A stretch of DNA of 64,000 nucleotides from Raillietiella orientalis. Lineage: Eukaryota. Position 1 is the first letter of the stretch. Every line of letters begins with the position of its first letter. The stretch spans positions 8,804,001 through 8,868,000 of the forward strand of contig JAYWIR010000001.1 of assembly GCA_036172245.1 (NCBI GenBank). The letters are read 5' to 3'. The notes beneath the pieces were generated by a model. The model made no database searches. It saw nothing but the letters and a program-made list of their open reading frames with translations, and had not been told where the DNA came from. Shown one piece after another: positions 24,854-38,105 of the stretch. Position numbers and translations under genes: made by a program.

Positions 24854-27800
24854 TTAAATTCTATTTTTTGACACTGTGGATTATCGGAAGCTTCAGTTTT
24901 AATCGTACTCATACGATAGAACTCCTTGGGGCATTTTCAATACAGGTAAGTATTCATACTTTTTAATGTTGCATAAATTGCCAAAACTAGCTTTATCGGT
25001 TAACAATACTTACAATAAACTCATACGAAACAATTAAATTATGAAACAAAAATATCTTTGAAGAATATTCGTATAAAAATAAATTTCTAAATAACTCTTA
25101 CTCTACGGTTAACAAAACGCCATGGCTGTCAACACTATATTGCAATAGGACTCTCAGAATACTCTAAATTTAATCGCATCGTATTTAAAAACTCGTCTTG
25201 ATCTGCAATTTCATGCTTTTTAAAAAAAATGTATAAATCCTGGAAAAATTGGGGAAATTAAAAATTCATCTAATTAAATGTTGTCGTATTAAACGAAAAT
25301 GGAAAAAGGTCAATTCTTTTTGGCACATGTATTTGAAACCTCAATTGAAGCTAACTTATTTCTCAAGAAATGCACTGGTAACAAAAACCATGGTTTGTTT
25401 ACAATTATAATTCATAAAATGAAGATATTTTATGGAAGAAGGCCTGCGAACTAAAAATGGCAGATGCTCTTGTTCGCGTAATGAATATAATATTGTCTTT
25501 ATCAGTGAGTTTTTGAATAGTCCACTAAGTGCAATCATAATTGAGAACTTATTAATGATTTCAAATCATTAAAATGCGTACCTACAAATTTATAAGAACA
25601 GTTTTGTTTTGCAAGCAAAAGAACTTTGACAGCTTAAAACTGACATTTTCTCTAAAGCCTTGAAAACTTCAAATAACAAATTTATGGTTATATCAGCATG
25701 CAAGTTATCACGGGAAAGCGGAACTTCATAGAATAAATTGTCTTCTATCTATTACTTGCCTTATTATGAAGCTCCCAAAACAGAACAGAAAGGTTTATAA
25801 TAATTATGAATTGGTGCTTTTTTATTAAATGACGAGATAACCATCTATTGAAGCATAAATATATCCGATGTCTTTATATTGCTTTGGTCAGTGATTCATT
25901 TAACAATCTTCCAATCCTACAATTCTCAATTATATTAAACCAAATGCATTAAACCATTAAAATCTGATGGTGTAGAATATTTTCCTTGTTCGTGAGCTCT
26001 TAAGTTAGAAATCTGACTCATATTCTTTTTATATCCTGTAAAACTGTGAATAATCTTTTCTCAATCGAAAACCTAAAAAAAACGGTCAATGAAAAGCAAT
26101 TTTCCTTCAAGTATCTCTTCCCGCCGTATCTTTCTTTCGTTTTGTTTCGGGGGGAGGGGAATCATAAAACATTCTATAAATTTCATGGAATGCAGTATTT
26201 CTTCTTAATTATATAAAAACGAAATCCTTATGAAACTCTTTGCTTATTGCTTGCAGGTAGTTATGATTATGTTGAAATATGTTCCGTGTTTGACGTTTCC
26301 ATACAAGATTTAAGGATAACTATCATTCAGGGTCTATTTAGTAGCAGAAACCGTTAGTTTCAAATTAGAGAACTGCATAGAAAAGACAACATAGACTTGT
26401 AGGTTCCAAAAACTCACTTGTGAACACAACGCTCTTTTAAAGCGAAGCTCTCACAATAAAATCCACTTAACATCTCTGTTCTAGTGTATGTCTTAATGTC
26501 CATTTAATAATATACACCCCTCCTTTTCGTTTCAAACTTGAAATAAATGATTTAATTGGAAAACTGATTCATTTTTCATCTCAAAGCTATTTTTATAATA
26601 ATTAAAGTTTTCTAATTAACGCTTGGGTGTTTTATTCAACTAGACTTTTTTAAATTTAGATTTTGAGTATTTGAAAAATTTGCAAATGCAAATATAAACA
26701 GCATTAGCCACCCAAATCCATTCCTATGGTGCAAATAACGAACCCGCAAAGTTTATCCTGTTTCTGAATCTGTGCAATAAAGTATAACAAAAGAAAGTGT
26801 TAAAACAGATTTTTCAGCCTTATACGAAATTATCATTTCCTTAAATCATGGCTTTCTTCGAATCTTCAAATGTTCCTTTCCACATGCACAAAAAAACACC
26901 TGAGAACTACATTAGCTCACTTGATAGCATCATAAATTATCAGATAGCATCTGTATAGGATACTTGAGTTTGAACAAAACACGAAAAATGCGGTGATTCA
27001 TTCAAATTAAATTTTAAAATGAAGCGGAGTTTTAAATTTCATTTCATTTAACATATGAAAATTCTTTATAGCTTCAGATCTTTCTCATGTAGTGGTACAC
27101 TTGCAAATGTTTTCTGCACTCGGATGTACTCTAAAATGATATTCATAGCGACGCCCACTGAATTGGAGTGCCTTAATCTATTTAGCCTTCAGCTAAAGAT
27201 CGCCTGTGGAGTTTTTGATGGTGTTAGACGCAAGCAAATGACAAATAGCCATCTTGCAAGGTATTCTAAAATCTGAGCCACTTCGTCCTCATGCTAGCAA
27301 TGGATTCCTCTGGTCTGGTCTAAGAATGGACGCTCTTAGACCAGACTACCTCTATCTTTGTCTCTCCCTACATACATACACGTACATGTTTATATTAATC
27401 TGTATAGTGTCGCAATGCATTGCATACGTAATCAACGCGTGCAACACATCTCAACCATTGTGCATGGAAGCTCCCCTCTTTAGGAAATCGTTCGGGATTG
27501 AAGGCCCTTGCCACGAGGGTAGCAAGTGCTCCTACGTGTTGGTTGTTTTATGGCGCAATTAGAGGACAGATTGGCATAGTTATGTCACATTTGGAGTCCT
27601 AATCATCGTTAGACGGTAACAAAATCATGGAGGGCTTGAACTGGCACGCGTCAAAAAGGACAATGGCTTTCCACAGAGCTTAGCTTTAGCTAGTTCTCCT
27701 GAACGTATATTCACGATCCCACGTGGCCACTTAAATCACGTGAGTTTTGCAAAATCGGCAAACTATCCAAGTGGTATCAAAATCAAAATGTGAGATCACA

Positions 27801-28934
27801 GAAAATCGATGTGGGTTTCAGAGGGAAGTACTGAGCTGAAAACAATACATGCTCATCATAATACAAAATAAGACAAAATGTGCTCGTGTTCATCCGATAC
27901 GGGTGTGCAGTTTTATCATTTAGACTCCAGATATCTCTTATAAGTGGAATATCACATTTCCTGCCTTGCATTGTTCGAATTTTATTGCATAGTTTCATGA
28001 TGGTTTATTCTTCAAGCTTTGGACTTCAAATGAATCCACTCTACATGAATTCATTGTATTGGACAACAAATTCATAACAGGCTTTTTAGAAAACGAACCA
28101 AAATTTTTATACATTGCAGAAACTGTGCATACGCGTTAAATTTGCAAAAGACAATCGTTTCCACTCCAATGCCACATTTCAAAAGTTTTTTATAGGATTT
28201 TTATGAACTTTCATAGACACTTCTCATATGTATATTAATGCAGGCTCATATGTATTTACATGTGTGACCATACATCCATAAATACACATATACTTGAAGG
28301 TTTCTTAGAATACCTATGTTTAATGTTGATTTTCAAGCATTTTTTGTTTGTTTTTTGTTTCTATCTTAGAACTGATCACTCTTGACTACTAAGAAAAGTT
28401 TATTTTGGAACGTTTTGAAGTGCCACTTGTGCTTAAGAAACTTTATTTATTTCTGCTGATTGATTTGCAGAAGGACTTGCATACAGTTGAAGTCTTTAAG
28501 AGAAACTCACTAGTAAATTCCATACACCACTCTTGAACCTAGATTTTTCTGAAAGTCAAACTTTAGATTTGCAGGTTGAACATCCTGGAAAATTTTCACA
28601 ATTTCACATGCAAATATGAAATTGTGATTGTAAATGCAAATGTCATAGGAATCTTGAGGAACCCAACTGCAAACACTCACAGTATTGCTTCCAGAACAAA
28701 CGTTTCAAATCAATTTGTATTTGCAGTTTAAATGAATGAATCACAGGTGGGCATTTATTTATATAATTAACAAATTTATTAAACCTTCATGCAATAAACA
28801 TGAATAGAAAATGTGGCTGTAGTTTATAACATAAAATATTTTGCACAATTTTCAGAAAACATAGTCAGCAATTTAGCATTCACATAACACAGAGTACCAG
28901 TACCAACATAGAACTTTCATACATTTTCTGATAC

Positions 28935-30953
28935 TTATTTCGTATAGCATACACGATAATAAAGAGTTTTTGACCTCCAAAGACTATAAGAATTATCAAA
29001 CTTGAGCAAATAAACACCACAACCTGGATAGGAGTGTCTGCCTGCATACACTTCTTCATGGCAATCTCGACGATACACAGGAATCACAACAGAAAGATGT
29101 GGCTTAGAATTAATTTTATCTCCTCGTTCAGCATCTTTATCTGCCAATGCCACTCAGCACTTTAGCATCAGTATTTTACCTACCAGAGTCCTTTGTGTCC
29201 TCCTCTTCCTCCTCCTCCCCCTCTTCTTCATCTGCCTCACTTTCTGAAATGTGCACTGTCACTCGGTCTCCAGGAGATAAACTCCACTCAAAATAAACTC
29301 CAAAACCAATGTCAAAATTATCTGTTGCAAATTCCCAATACAGAGCATTGCCTTCAGGATGTGTTGGTACTCGTACAGTTAATGTTTCTCCATGTCCTAC
29401 ACGAATTACTCCATCTCCACCTTCATTAGAAATAGCATCCTTAAATTCCACGATATTTTTGTTAGTCCACATAGATGGCTCAGCAAACTGTGGCTCTACA
29501 TAGGGATAATGTTATTACTACAACTATGAAACCAATTCTGATTGATTATTTCTGTTTTTATAAACATGTATCCAGAAAAATTACCACCACTTATCTCTTC
29601 CTCTGAACTGTTATTCTCAATTATGGGATTTTCATCAACTGAAGTTTTAAAATGAGATTCTTGATGCTGCAACTGTTGCATATAAATTTGCTGCATATAT
29701 TGCTGATAATGCTGTTCTTGCATCTGCCGAATCAGAATAGCTTGCTGGATTTGAATTAATGAAACGCTCTCAAATTTATGCACCTACCTCATCGGGATTT
29801 CCAGGATACTGTTTCTCAGCATACTCTTTGAACTGAGAGAAAGTTTGTTGATTCAGCATATCTTGGATTTGCCTCCTACAAAAATAAACACCATGAATAT
29901 TTTCGTTTTAAAAAATCTTTCTACTTTTGTTTCTCTGTCTGATTTCTTTCTAATGCTTTTCTATGCTCAGCTTCTTTCAGCATTTGCTTTTCAGCTGCTA
30001 CCAGATGTTCTTCTTCACTACAAGGAAATATGGCTCCATTTTATGAATAAACTCACAGCTTGTGAACTTTTTCTTCCAAACTCTTTTGATGTGCTTCTAA
30101 ATAAGGTTTGAACAAAGCACATAACTTTGTCAATTCAGTTATAAACGAACTCATTGCTTGCTCCTGTGAAATATCTCCTAACATCTGCCATGCTATACTG
30201 AAATATAAAATTGCCTTACATTCCCAAGAATGAAAAATGAATACTTCAAGTGATTAAGAAAGCTCATGCATAATCTTAGATAATAAAATTCTAATAAAAC
30301 AAAAATTATTTAAATTATTTGTAACAAGACTTGAGATTATCACAAAACATGAAATCTACCGCCTATCCTTTCCTATCACATCTAAATAACCAAGTGGGGA
30401 TGCTTTCTCAGATCTGAATTTCCCATGTTTCACTTGGAGAATTAAAGCAACCAGTCGTAGCTTGTCATTGTAAGTCAAATGTACAGCTTTACCATCATTT
30501 TCTAATATGAAAAAAATCTTTTGTAGCTTTTCTTCTGTGAGGAATTTCAAAACAATTTACAGGTGCAGTAAACATATAAGGGGAATTTTAATTGGGAATC
30601 GTGACTAATGCACATTATACTGCAAAGTTACTTTACAAGTACAATCTAAGTGACAATTTTAAGTCACCCAAAACAGTTAATGCCTTGTTGCTTCATTAAT
30701 CCAAAATTTACAATCATTTTATTTCAATTGGTCAAAAGCATGTAACAAGTATGACGTGCACTCGAAATTACATCAACTAAAAATCAGAATCACCTTTAAA
30801 AAACTTCACAGCTATATGATACGTCTCAGTTAATGTTAGCTGCCATGGTGAGGAGGTCTCTAAAACTGTACTCTTTGGAGAATCATCAATATCACATTTA
30901 TTAAGATTCAAGGAATTAACTGAATGGTTGTCTAAACATTTCCCTGGCTCCAT
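28935..30953 (-). CDS. ACBD3: Golgi resident protein GCP60 / acyl-CoA-binding domain-containing protein 3, multi-exon
   Basis: Exon 1 is 30953-30794 (MEPGKC...[10 protein letters not shown]). The ACB domain reads [19 protein letters not shown]...[11 protein letters not shown]. The Q-rich region reads [34 protein letters not shown]. The GOLD domain reads SMWT...[34 protein letters not shown]...[25 protein letters not shown]. Introns are GT-AG. Confidence 0.95.
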
Positions 30954-31084
30954 TATTATGTTTTCAAGTCCATTTCCTCAAATTGCCACAAATATTCAGC
31001 ACTGATAATTACAAACATGGGCGAAAATTACTGAATTTAATAAATTTCAGAGTGGTTTCAGGAATAACAAATTAAATAAACGTG

Positions 31085-31090
<6 letters not shown>

Positions 31091-31115
<25 letters not shown>

Positions 31116-31116
31116 G
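31091..31116. repeat. Poly(T) homopolymer upstream of ACBD3
   Basis: 26 consecutive T. Confidence 0.9.
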
Positions 31117-34100
31117 GCATTATGCGAATTATAGCATATCACAAATATAATCTTTTTTAACTGAATTACGTTTGATTCAAAAATGAAATACAATCTGACG
31201 AAAAAAGCTTATATGAATCACGAATCGTCTATCGTTTTCTTAGTAGAAATACTTTTAATTCAACTACTTATCAATATAAGAAATAATATACAAGCATTGA
31301 AAGCACACTTCCACAGTTGATTTGGGCTTGCAACTAAGAATCAAATCGGTATTCTGAATGTCTGTCTTCAGAAATACTGGACTGTATTTAATATATGGAA
31401 AAGTTCACTGAGTTTTAAATTCTGTTTGTATTCGCAGCAAATTAATTTCAAAAACGAAACGGAGTTGAGTCAACCATTTGCTGGTCTTCAAACGCTTATC
31501 AGATTCAGCATCGGAATAATAATAATAAAAGAGATTTTCGGATATACGTTATGAATGGATACGTACTGTATTTACAGCACGGTACTTCCTATCTCTGGGA
31601 CTGGCAAATACTTCTTTCATACAGGTGGTCTACCGTGCACGTCTCCGTATATATATACATTTGAAAGTGAACAAAACAATTTTTTTTATTTTTCAAGAAT
31701 TCATGAAAACTTAATGTGCAGGCTTTATGAATTATGAAGTGTGAACTTTTGCAGATCAGCAGTTCGGATTTATCATATCACTGGCACCTTAGACTTCTCT
31801 AAAACTCTGGGATCAAAATTGTTAATCGCAAAAGTAAATTCACCTTTCTGTCATTTACGAAAAATATTACCAAATAGGAAATGCATTCCCTGTAGATGCA
31901 GCCGACAGCTAAATGCTCGTGGTTTTCACTAGTGTTCAGGAAATACAACCGGACTTTCTTCGATATTTCTTAGCAGGATTTTTTGTTTCTTTATTTACCA
32001 CCCTTGTTGTCCCTTTCTGCTATGCTTTGAGAGAGTAATGTGAACCTTGCTTCCTTGATATTCCACCATCCCTCATGCTTTTGAACTCACTAAAAGCTTA
32101 ACACTAGTTTGCATAGGGCACATGTGATTTTTTTTTTTGTTGTTGTTGTTGCTCTTGTTGTTTTTGTTCGTGAAAGCAAGCAACGTGGAGTTGTTTCAGT
32201 TCATGATCTCTATTCATTGGTTGAATTTTCAATTCTCTAGTGAAATTGCCCTATTCATTTTTTTTTAATGAACCAATTTCCCATAGTAATTTCCCATCAG
32301 TTTTCATTAGAATTGCCTTTTTCGATTTCACTGGAAATTTCTCTGGAAGAAAGATATTTTATTTAAAGATATTTTATTTTATTCAAGTCGTAACACTGGA
32401 ATAACTTTAAGTAACTCGAACCCAATCTCAATTAATTTAACTGATAGCACGCCACCAAAATAACGTGCAGGTTCCAAAAATCAGAACATTAATCGGAAAA
32501 ATCGTTTAGTCCACATCTTATCGTCCTTTTTAAGATGGTCACCATTTATTCTCTATCTCACACGGCTGGTAGTTTAGCTTGATCGAGGTTTGAAAAAAAA
32601 ATCTTATACTTCTTGACATTGCTGAAGAGTTCTGATGGCAACACAGATATCATCACAAAACAATGCCGAGCGCGCCATGAGCGTGGAACCGCTGCCTCCA
32701 AATAGTGGAGTGCTGATGATTTTCAAGCAGATTTCGAGCAAGATCTGCGGTGTTTCAAAATGTTTGTTTTAGAACCTTTTAGACATTTGGGCATAATAAA
32801 GCATAACACTCGTTGGTGAAGATGGTTCGCAAGGTCATCGTATCCATGGAGAAGAGACCATTCCATTCCAATTATCGAAATCCTAGAAATGGAAAACTTC
32901 CGTAGTTCCTCTGTAAAAAAAGCATCCTGGAAAATTTCAAAAAAGATACACAGCATTTTCAGACTTTTGATTCGAAGCAGTATTTAAAAAGCCAACGGAA
33001 GACATCAAAAGTATTCATATTGAGATACAACCGCCAATTGGATGAAACAGGCGGAATTTTTATTCGGAGACATATATTTATAATGTTTATTTGTCGCACT
33101 AAAATGACAACTCTACTGAAATCCATGACTGATGCTGAATTTACCGAACTGAATTTGTGCACTCTTTTCTGATATATTATTACTAACAGCAGTAACATGA
33201 TTAGGAGGAATTGCTCTTTCGCCACATTTATGATTCTTAGGTTACACACGAAAACTTTAAGTAATGGTTCAAACTGACTGGCATAATATATGAAACGAAT
33301 ATTTACAATTGCTTGCAGGTGTGTATGAAATGGAATTCCTATTTCTATGTCCAAAGCAAAACGCTTTGTTTGCTTTATAATCTTGATATCTTCATACAGT
33401 TGTTATCGTGCATTTCTCCGGTAGAGCTACTGTTGATCCACCCATCTAACTCCATATCTAACTGCAAACGATACAGAATTACACATAATGCATGTCCATA
33501 CGCAAATAAAAGTTAACGCCTTAAACATGAACCAATCTACTTGCGTTTACAAAGTATCCAGAAATACCTGGAAAATTATTGGGGTTGACAAGGGGAAACC
33601 TCACACAGTGGGAAGAGCAGAAAGCTTTTATAACAGTGCATCCCTTATTTTCAAACTTTCGTTATCATGGGAGACTATAGAAACAAGTTACCAGAGGTAG
33701 AAATCAATGGCCTGCACAGATTATAAAAGGTCCTTTACAGAAGAAAACGAGTGTTTCAAAATTACAGAGTCCAAACCTTAAAAGCATAAATGCAGCGAGA
33801 ATTCGATAACTGTTCTCACCATTCCAAACTTGGAGAAACACATTGCCATTGAACATGTGTCCCTATAATTATCCGAGATTGGGCATTCATGTTTGCTTTC
33901 TTAAACGAAGGGTAAACTCTTCTTGAAAATGTGCTACAAATCCTAAAATGGAGACAGACTAAAATTTCAAAATTCGAAGGCTTGTTTTCACTGCATTAGA
34001 GAAGCATGTGTATAGCCAGCATTAAATGAATGACTGAATGCTTCAGTCAACTTTTAGGGAAAAAAAACGTTTGCATCGATGGAACAAAGGTGGAATTGGT

Positions 34101-34835
34101 TTGAAAATCATCACGTTCTGCAATCTGTCTCATCCAATATTGAAAAACTATATTTGTCCGCATACTGTCCATTTAACCATATTGTCCACACGGTTGACGA
34201 ACAGAACAATCAGAGAATAGTTCACTCCACTGAATCCCTGGGAGAATAATCTGTTCCGAGTATCTTTAGTAATCACCACGAAGCGAATAGTTTCCTCTCT
34301 TCCTATCCTGTGTGAGGTTCACATGAATGGGGAGCTTTTCGAATGTCTTTTCATCTTGGGAATGGTTCCACGGGGCGTTTTGTTTGTAGAATGACTCTGC
34401 TCACCAAAAGTTCTTATAAAGTCGGTCACTTTACGTAGAAATCTTTCGCCGCTTGCGCTTCTCAATCAAAATCTTCGTTCCTTGAACCGATCACTGGACT
34501 CTTTCGAATAGGGTAAATCAAAGGTGCTGCGCTATCAGAATGCTCCGTTTCTTTCCAACAAAATTAGAGTGATTCAAAAATGCATCGTCAAAATCAAATT
34601 CAGCATGCATCAGTAACCTTAATTAAGAGCATTAGGGTATTGCAAAGGTGAAACAGATAGGATCTGTTTTCTTCCCGCCACAGTGAAATGAAATTCGAAA
34701 CCCACAGAGAACCTTCACTAGAAATGGCATTTGCTTGAGACCTGTATTTATATTGAATTAACAAATGCAAGATTGAAGTTCAAAATAGAGTTGATGTACG
34801 TAAAAGTGATGTGGCCGAATTCGGAGACTAAGAAT

Positions 34836-35495
34836 CTAAAGACATTCTGATGACGAGAATAGAGGATATGGCCATCTTTCTTTGGTTTCTAAGCCCAAAA
34901 CATTTGTTTTGAAAAAACTACTCAAATAATTTTCCACAGTCGGTGAGCATTTGGAAGCTTCCAACAAGACTTTTGCACTAAAACAAATTTTCGGATGCCT
35001 GTTGTGAAATTCCATCAATAGTTGCATTTCACTGATCTTTTCCGAATGTCTCTGCTGAATAAACTGTCTAATTGAGAAGCACTTTTCCCAGACAGTCATC
35101 ACTGGATCGCCATGAGAATTACTGTCATTGATGTCATCCTTAAATTCAGTACAGTCCTTAGTAATAAAACTCTGGAATACACGTTCAGCAATATTGTGTG
35201 AATGAATTAGCACATGCATATTCTTATTTTTCAAAAACTCCAAAGTGCGTTTAACATAGGTTGAACTTATTTCTAAAAACAGCAGTACTAAAGTGTCTTT
35301 TTTCACCATGAATCCAGTAAACTCTTTGCCAGTATATGAAACTGCAAGTTTCAAAGCACTTTGAAGAACCTCTAAATCATTCCTCCAAAACCCCACTATT
35401 ATTATACAGTCTAGAATAGTTGTCAGCTTCTTCTTCAGGAGCTCATCTTTCAAGACTGAAAACAAGGTTTTCCTCTTCTCTGACGCAGAAGACAT
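34836..35495 (-). CDS. TEX47 (C7orf62)-like protein, single coding exon, ~219 aa
   Basis: A long ORF in AT-rich DNA, with an upstream splice acceptor (TTGCAG, ~35554). The segment FTGFMV...LVLLFLEISSTYVKRTL...HVLIHSHNIAERVFQSF resembles the TEX47 family pattern TGLLL...LE.S...I.V.SHNIP.RLF. Confidence 0.55.
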   Translation of the reverse strand: MSSASEKRKTLFSVLKDELLKKKLTTILDCIIIVGFWRNDLEVLQSALKLAVSYTGKEFTGFMVKKDTLVLLFLEISSTYVKRTLEFLKNKNMHVLIHSHNIAERVFQSFITKDCTEFKDDINDSNSHGDPVMTVWEKCFSIRQFIQQRHSEKISEMQLLMEFHNRHPKICFSAKVLLEASKCSPTVENYLSSFFKTNVLGLETKERWPYPLFSSSECL

Positions 35496-38030
35496 CGAAA
35501 TCCGATCAATTTTCACACAAGTCGTTGCTAGGCATCTCCTCTTCCATCAACTCTGCAATGAACAAACAGCATATTCATTTTTTTTTTTCTCATCTAAAAT
35601 GCGAGTCGGTGTTTTATAGGATCAAATAAAGGCAATCATGCAGTCACAATATACTATTACATGATGTAATTAATTCGGTCGTGATAGACATCATTTATTA
35701 TTCCTGCATCATCGCTTTTACACTTGAATACATTACAAATATGACTGGAGCAAATTTGGTTACTGAATATCAGGAGTGTACACGCATTCTTGCCCCAGTG
35801 TACACTCGAGAAGGGGAAGGAGAAGCTGAAACTCGAAAGTACGCTTGTCCGACCAGCAAATAATAAAGGTTTGGAAGGTGAAAATTCTTTTTTTTGGCTG
35901 TAAGTACCAGCCAAACACATGTGTTTGTCAAGTCTGCAGCATAATTGGTCATGCAAGCGTTACTTAGAACATCCGTATAATTAGACATTTTGTACGAAGG
36001 GGACCTTCCTTTTCCATGCTCTCTGAATAGACATTTATTAGTTTGTTGTTACTTGTATGGAAAACGATGATATTATTCTCTGGAGAATATTGAAAAATGG
36101 TCCGAGCCTCTGCAGCACCGACTTTTGGACCACTGAAATGGACTGAAATTTGTACTTCAGTGTTGAATACCCTGCTGAAAACCTTTTCATATACTTGTAA
36201 TTTTGGCAGTCACCGGTTAAAACGGAACTCGTCGAAGGAAATTCTACTTTTGCTTATCGACAAGTCTACAGAGGAGAGAAGACTGGGGGGGGGGGTCTTT
36301 CATTCTTAAAGATGGTTGATTAGAAAGAGATAGGAATTTCATGAACAACACTTGGATGAACATGTAGAACGCAACAAGAGCAGCGCATTACCCATCAATC
36401 TTCCATGTTTACTGAACTTGCTGGTGGAATTAGCACATCAAGGAACGCATTGTCCGATTCGGCATAATAAAATATTGCATGCTTTTCGGTCCACCAGATG
36501 TGTTCGGCAGCACCTTGCCATCGGATTCTTTTCCCTGAGGAGACGCCAACTGGCATAGCTTAGGAGCCACTGACGAGTGTATTACTAGTTACTCAGTAGC
36601 CGCGTTTTGGTCCACTTCCGTATCTCAACGCGCTATTGTGAAAAGCAAAAGGGTTAACATGCTAGCATGCTTTTTACTTTATAGAATGCTACTGCCATCC
36701 ACTCTTTTGGCTCCAGCAATAAGTTTTTATCTAACGCTGATCTTTTTTACAACTTGGCAATTAGGTATAGAGCACCACAGGATCTCCTTAAGTGTTTCAC
36801 GTGTTTCCCTACTTTTTAATGCACACATGCATAAATCCGCTATGCACGTACGGTAAAATTTCATCTTCGTGTAATTTTCGTTACCGCATGATGGAATTCC
36901 CATGTGCTCAGTTTTTTTATAAGCGCTTCCCAAGTTTACCATTAGATTTTGCTTTTTTCCCAAAACTCAGTGATGATCCCACGCACTTTGCACACTTGAA
37001 GGACTGATCTTGCTTTACCGACTGACTTTAAAACAGCAATTTTCTAGATGAGGAAATTTCTTCGATTCAGGTTCAGTCCTGCATCCATGATCTAGAAATA
37101 ATTTCAATAAGCATTTAAGTTCAATTTTCCCCTTCACCCATTGAATGTTATCTCCTGACACAATCCATTCATTAGATATTGAGAAGGCTTAACAGAAGAC
37201 AGAAAAAAAATCAGCAATAAATTCTCTTATGAATAGGTCTAAGAGTAACAACAACAAAAAAAAAAGTGGGCGAGTTTACATTTCGAATTAAGTTTTAAAC
37301 TTCTCCATATTGAAGCTGCAAAACTAGTTCACCGATTAATCCATATTCACACAGCAATTAATATGACGCCCCCGGTTCACATCATCACACTGATACTGTT
37401 TACATCGTGGTTCTAACTGTAATACCTTCAGGAAGAGAAGGCGAATACGAAATTATGGAGGAATGGAACACGAAAAACAGACACACCGTCTTCCTTAGGA
37501 GCATTTTAATCGAGAGATTGAGTAGTTATAAAAAATGTGAACGCAGAAATAGTATCACTCAGATTTCGTGCATAGTTACAGTAATGATTACAGACTGCTA
37601 TGACACCTGTTTGTGAGACTGCAACTGCACTGCAATGACCCAATTTTTTGTTCTTCGAATATCTACCTCAACATAATGGCAATCAAGCAAGGACCGTCAT
37701 TTCAGGTGATAAGAATCCATGCTACATCCACTGGCACTTTCAGTCGTTTTAAATCATCAGGTGCCGAACGCAAGACACGGACGTTCGGCTACGGCAAGCT
37801 GATGATTCATACGTCAGTAGTTCAACTCGTTTTCTTTACTTGGAAATCAAAATGTCTTTTATTGGTTCCATTAATATCTAAATTTTACAGTATTTACAAA
37901 TCCATAATACTTTTGTAGTGTGTGTATGTACGTGTATGTGTAAGTATGTATTCTGAATTCTGAAGTATTTGTGTAATGGTACATATGAAAGTAATATACA
38001 TATACACATTACTTTCATATGAATAAAGAA

Positions 38031-38105
38031 TGAGGGCAGATGAAGAAGAGGAGGAGGAGGACACGAAGGACTCTGGTAGATGACGTTTGAGATAAAGATG
38101 CTGAA
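38031..38105 (+). pseudogene. Short inverted duplicate of an ACBD3 exon-intron-exon junction
   Basis: TGAGGGCAGATGAAGAAGAGGAGGAGGAGGACACGAAGGACTCTGGTAG...AGATAAAGATGCTGAA matches the reverse complement of 29127-29239 (ACBD3 ADEEE...EDTKDS|DKDAE). Confidence 0.85.

Noticed and set aside
34250..34440. Minus-strand segment YKNFW*AESFYKQNAPWNHSQDEKTFEKL, faintly like a Gypsy RT/RNase H linker
   Set aside because: It is too short and degenerate to call.
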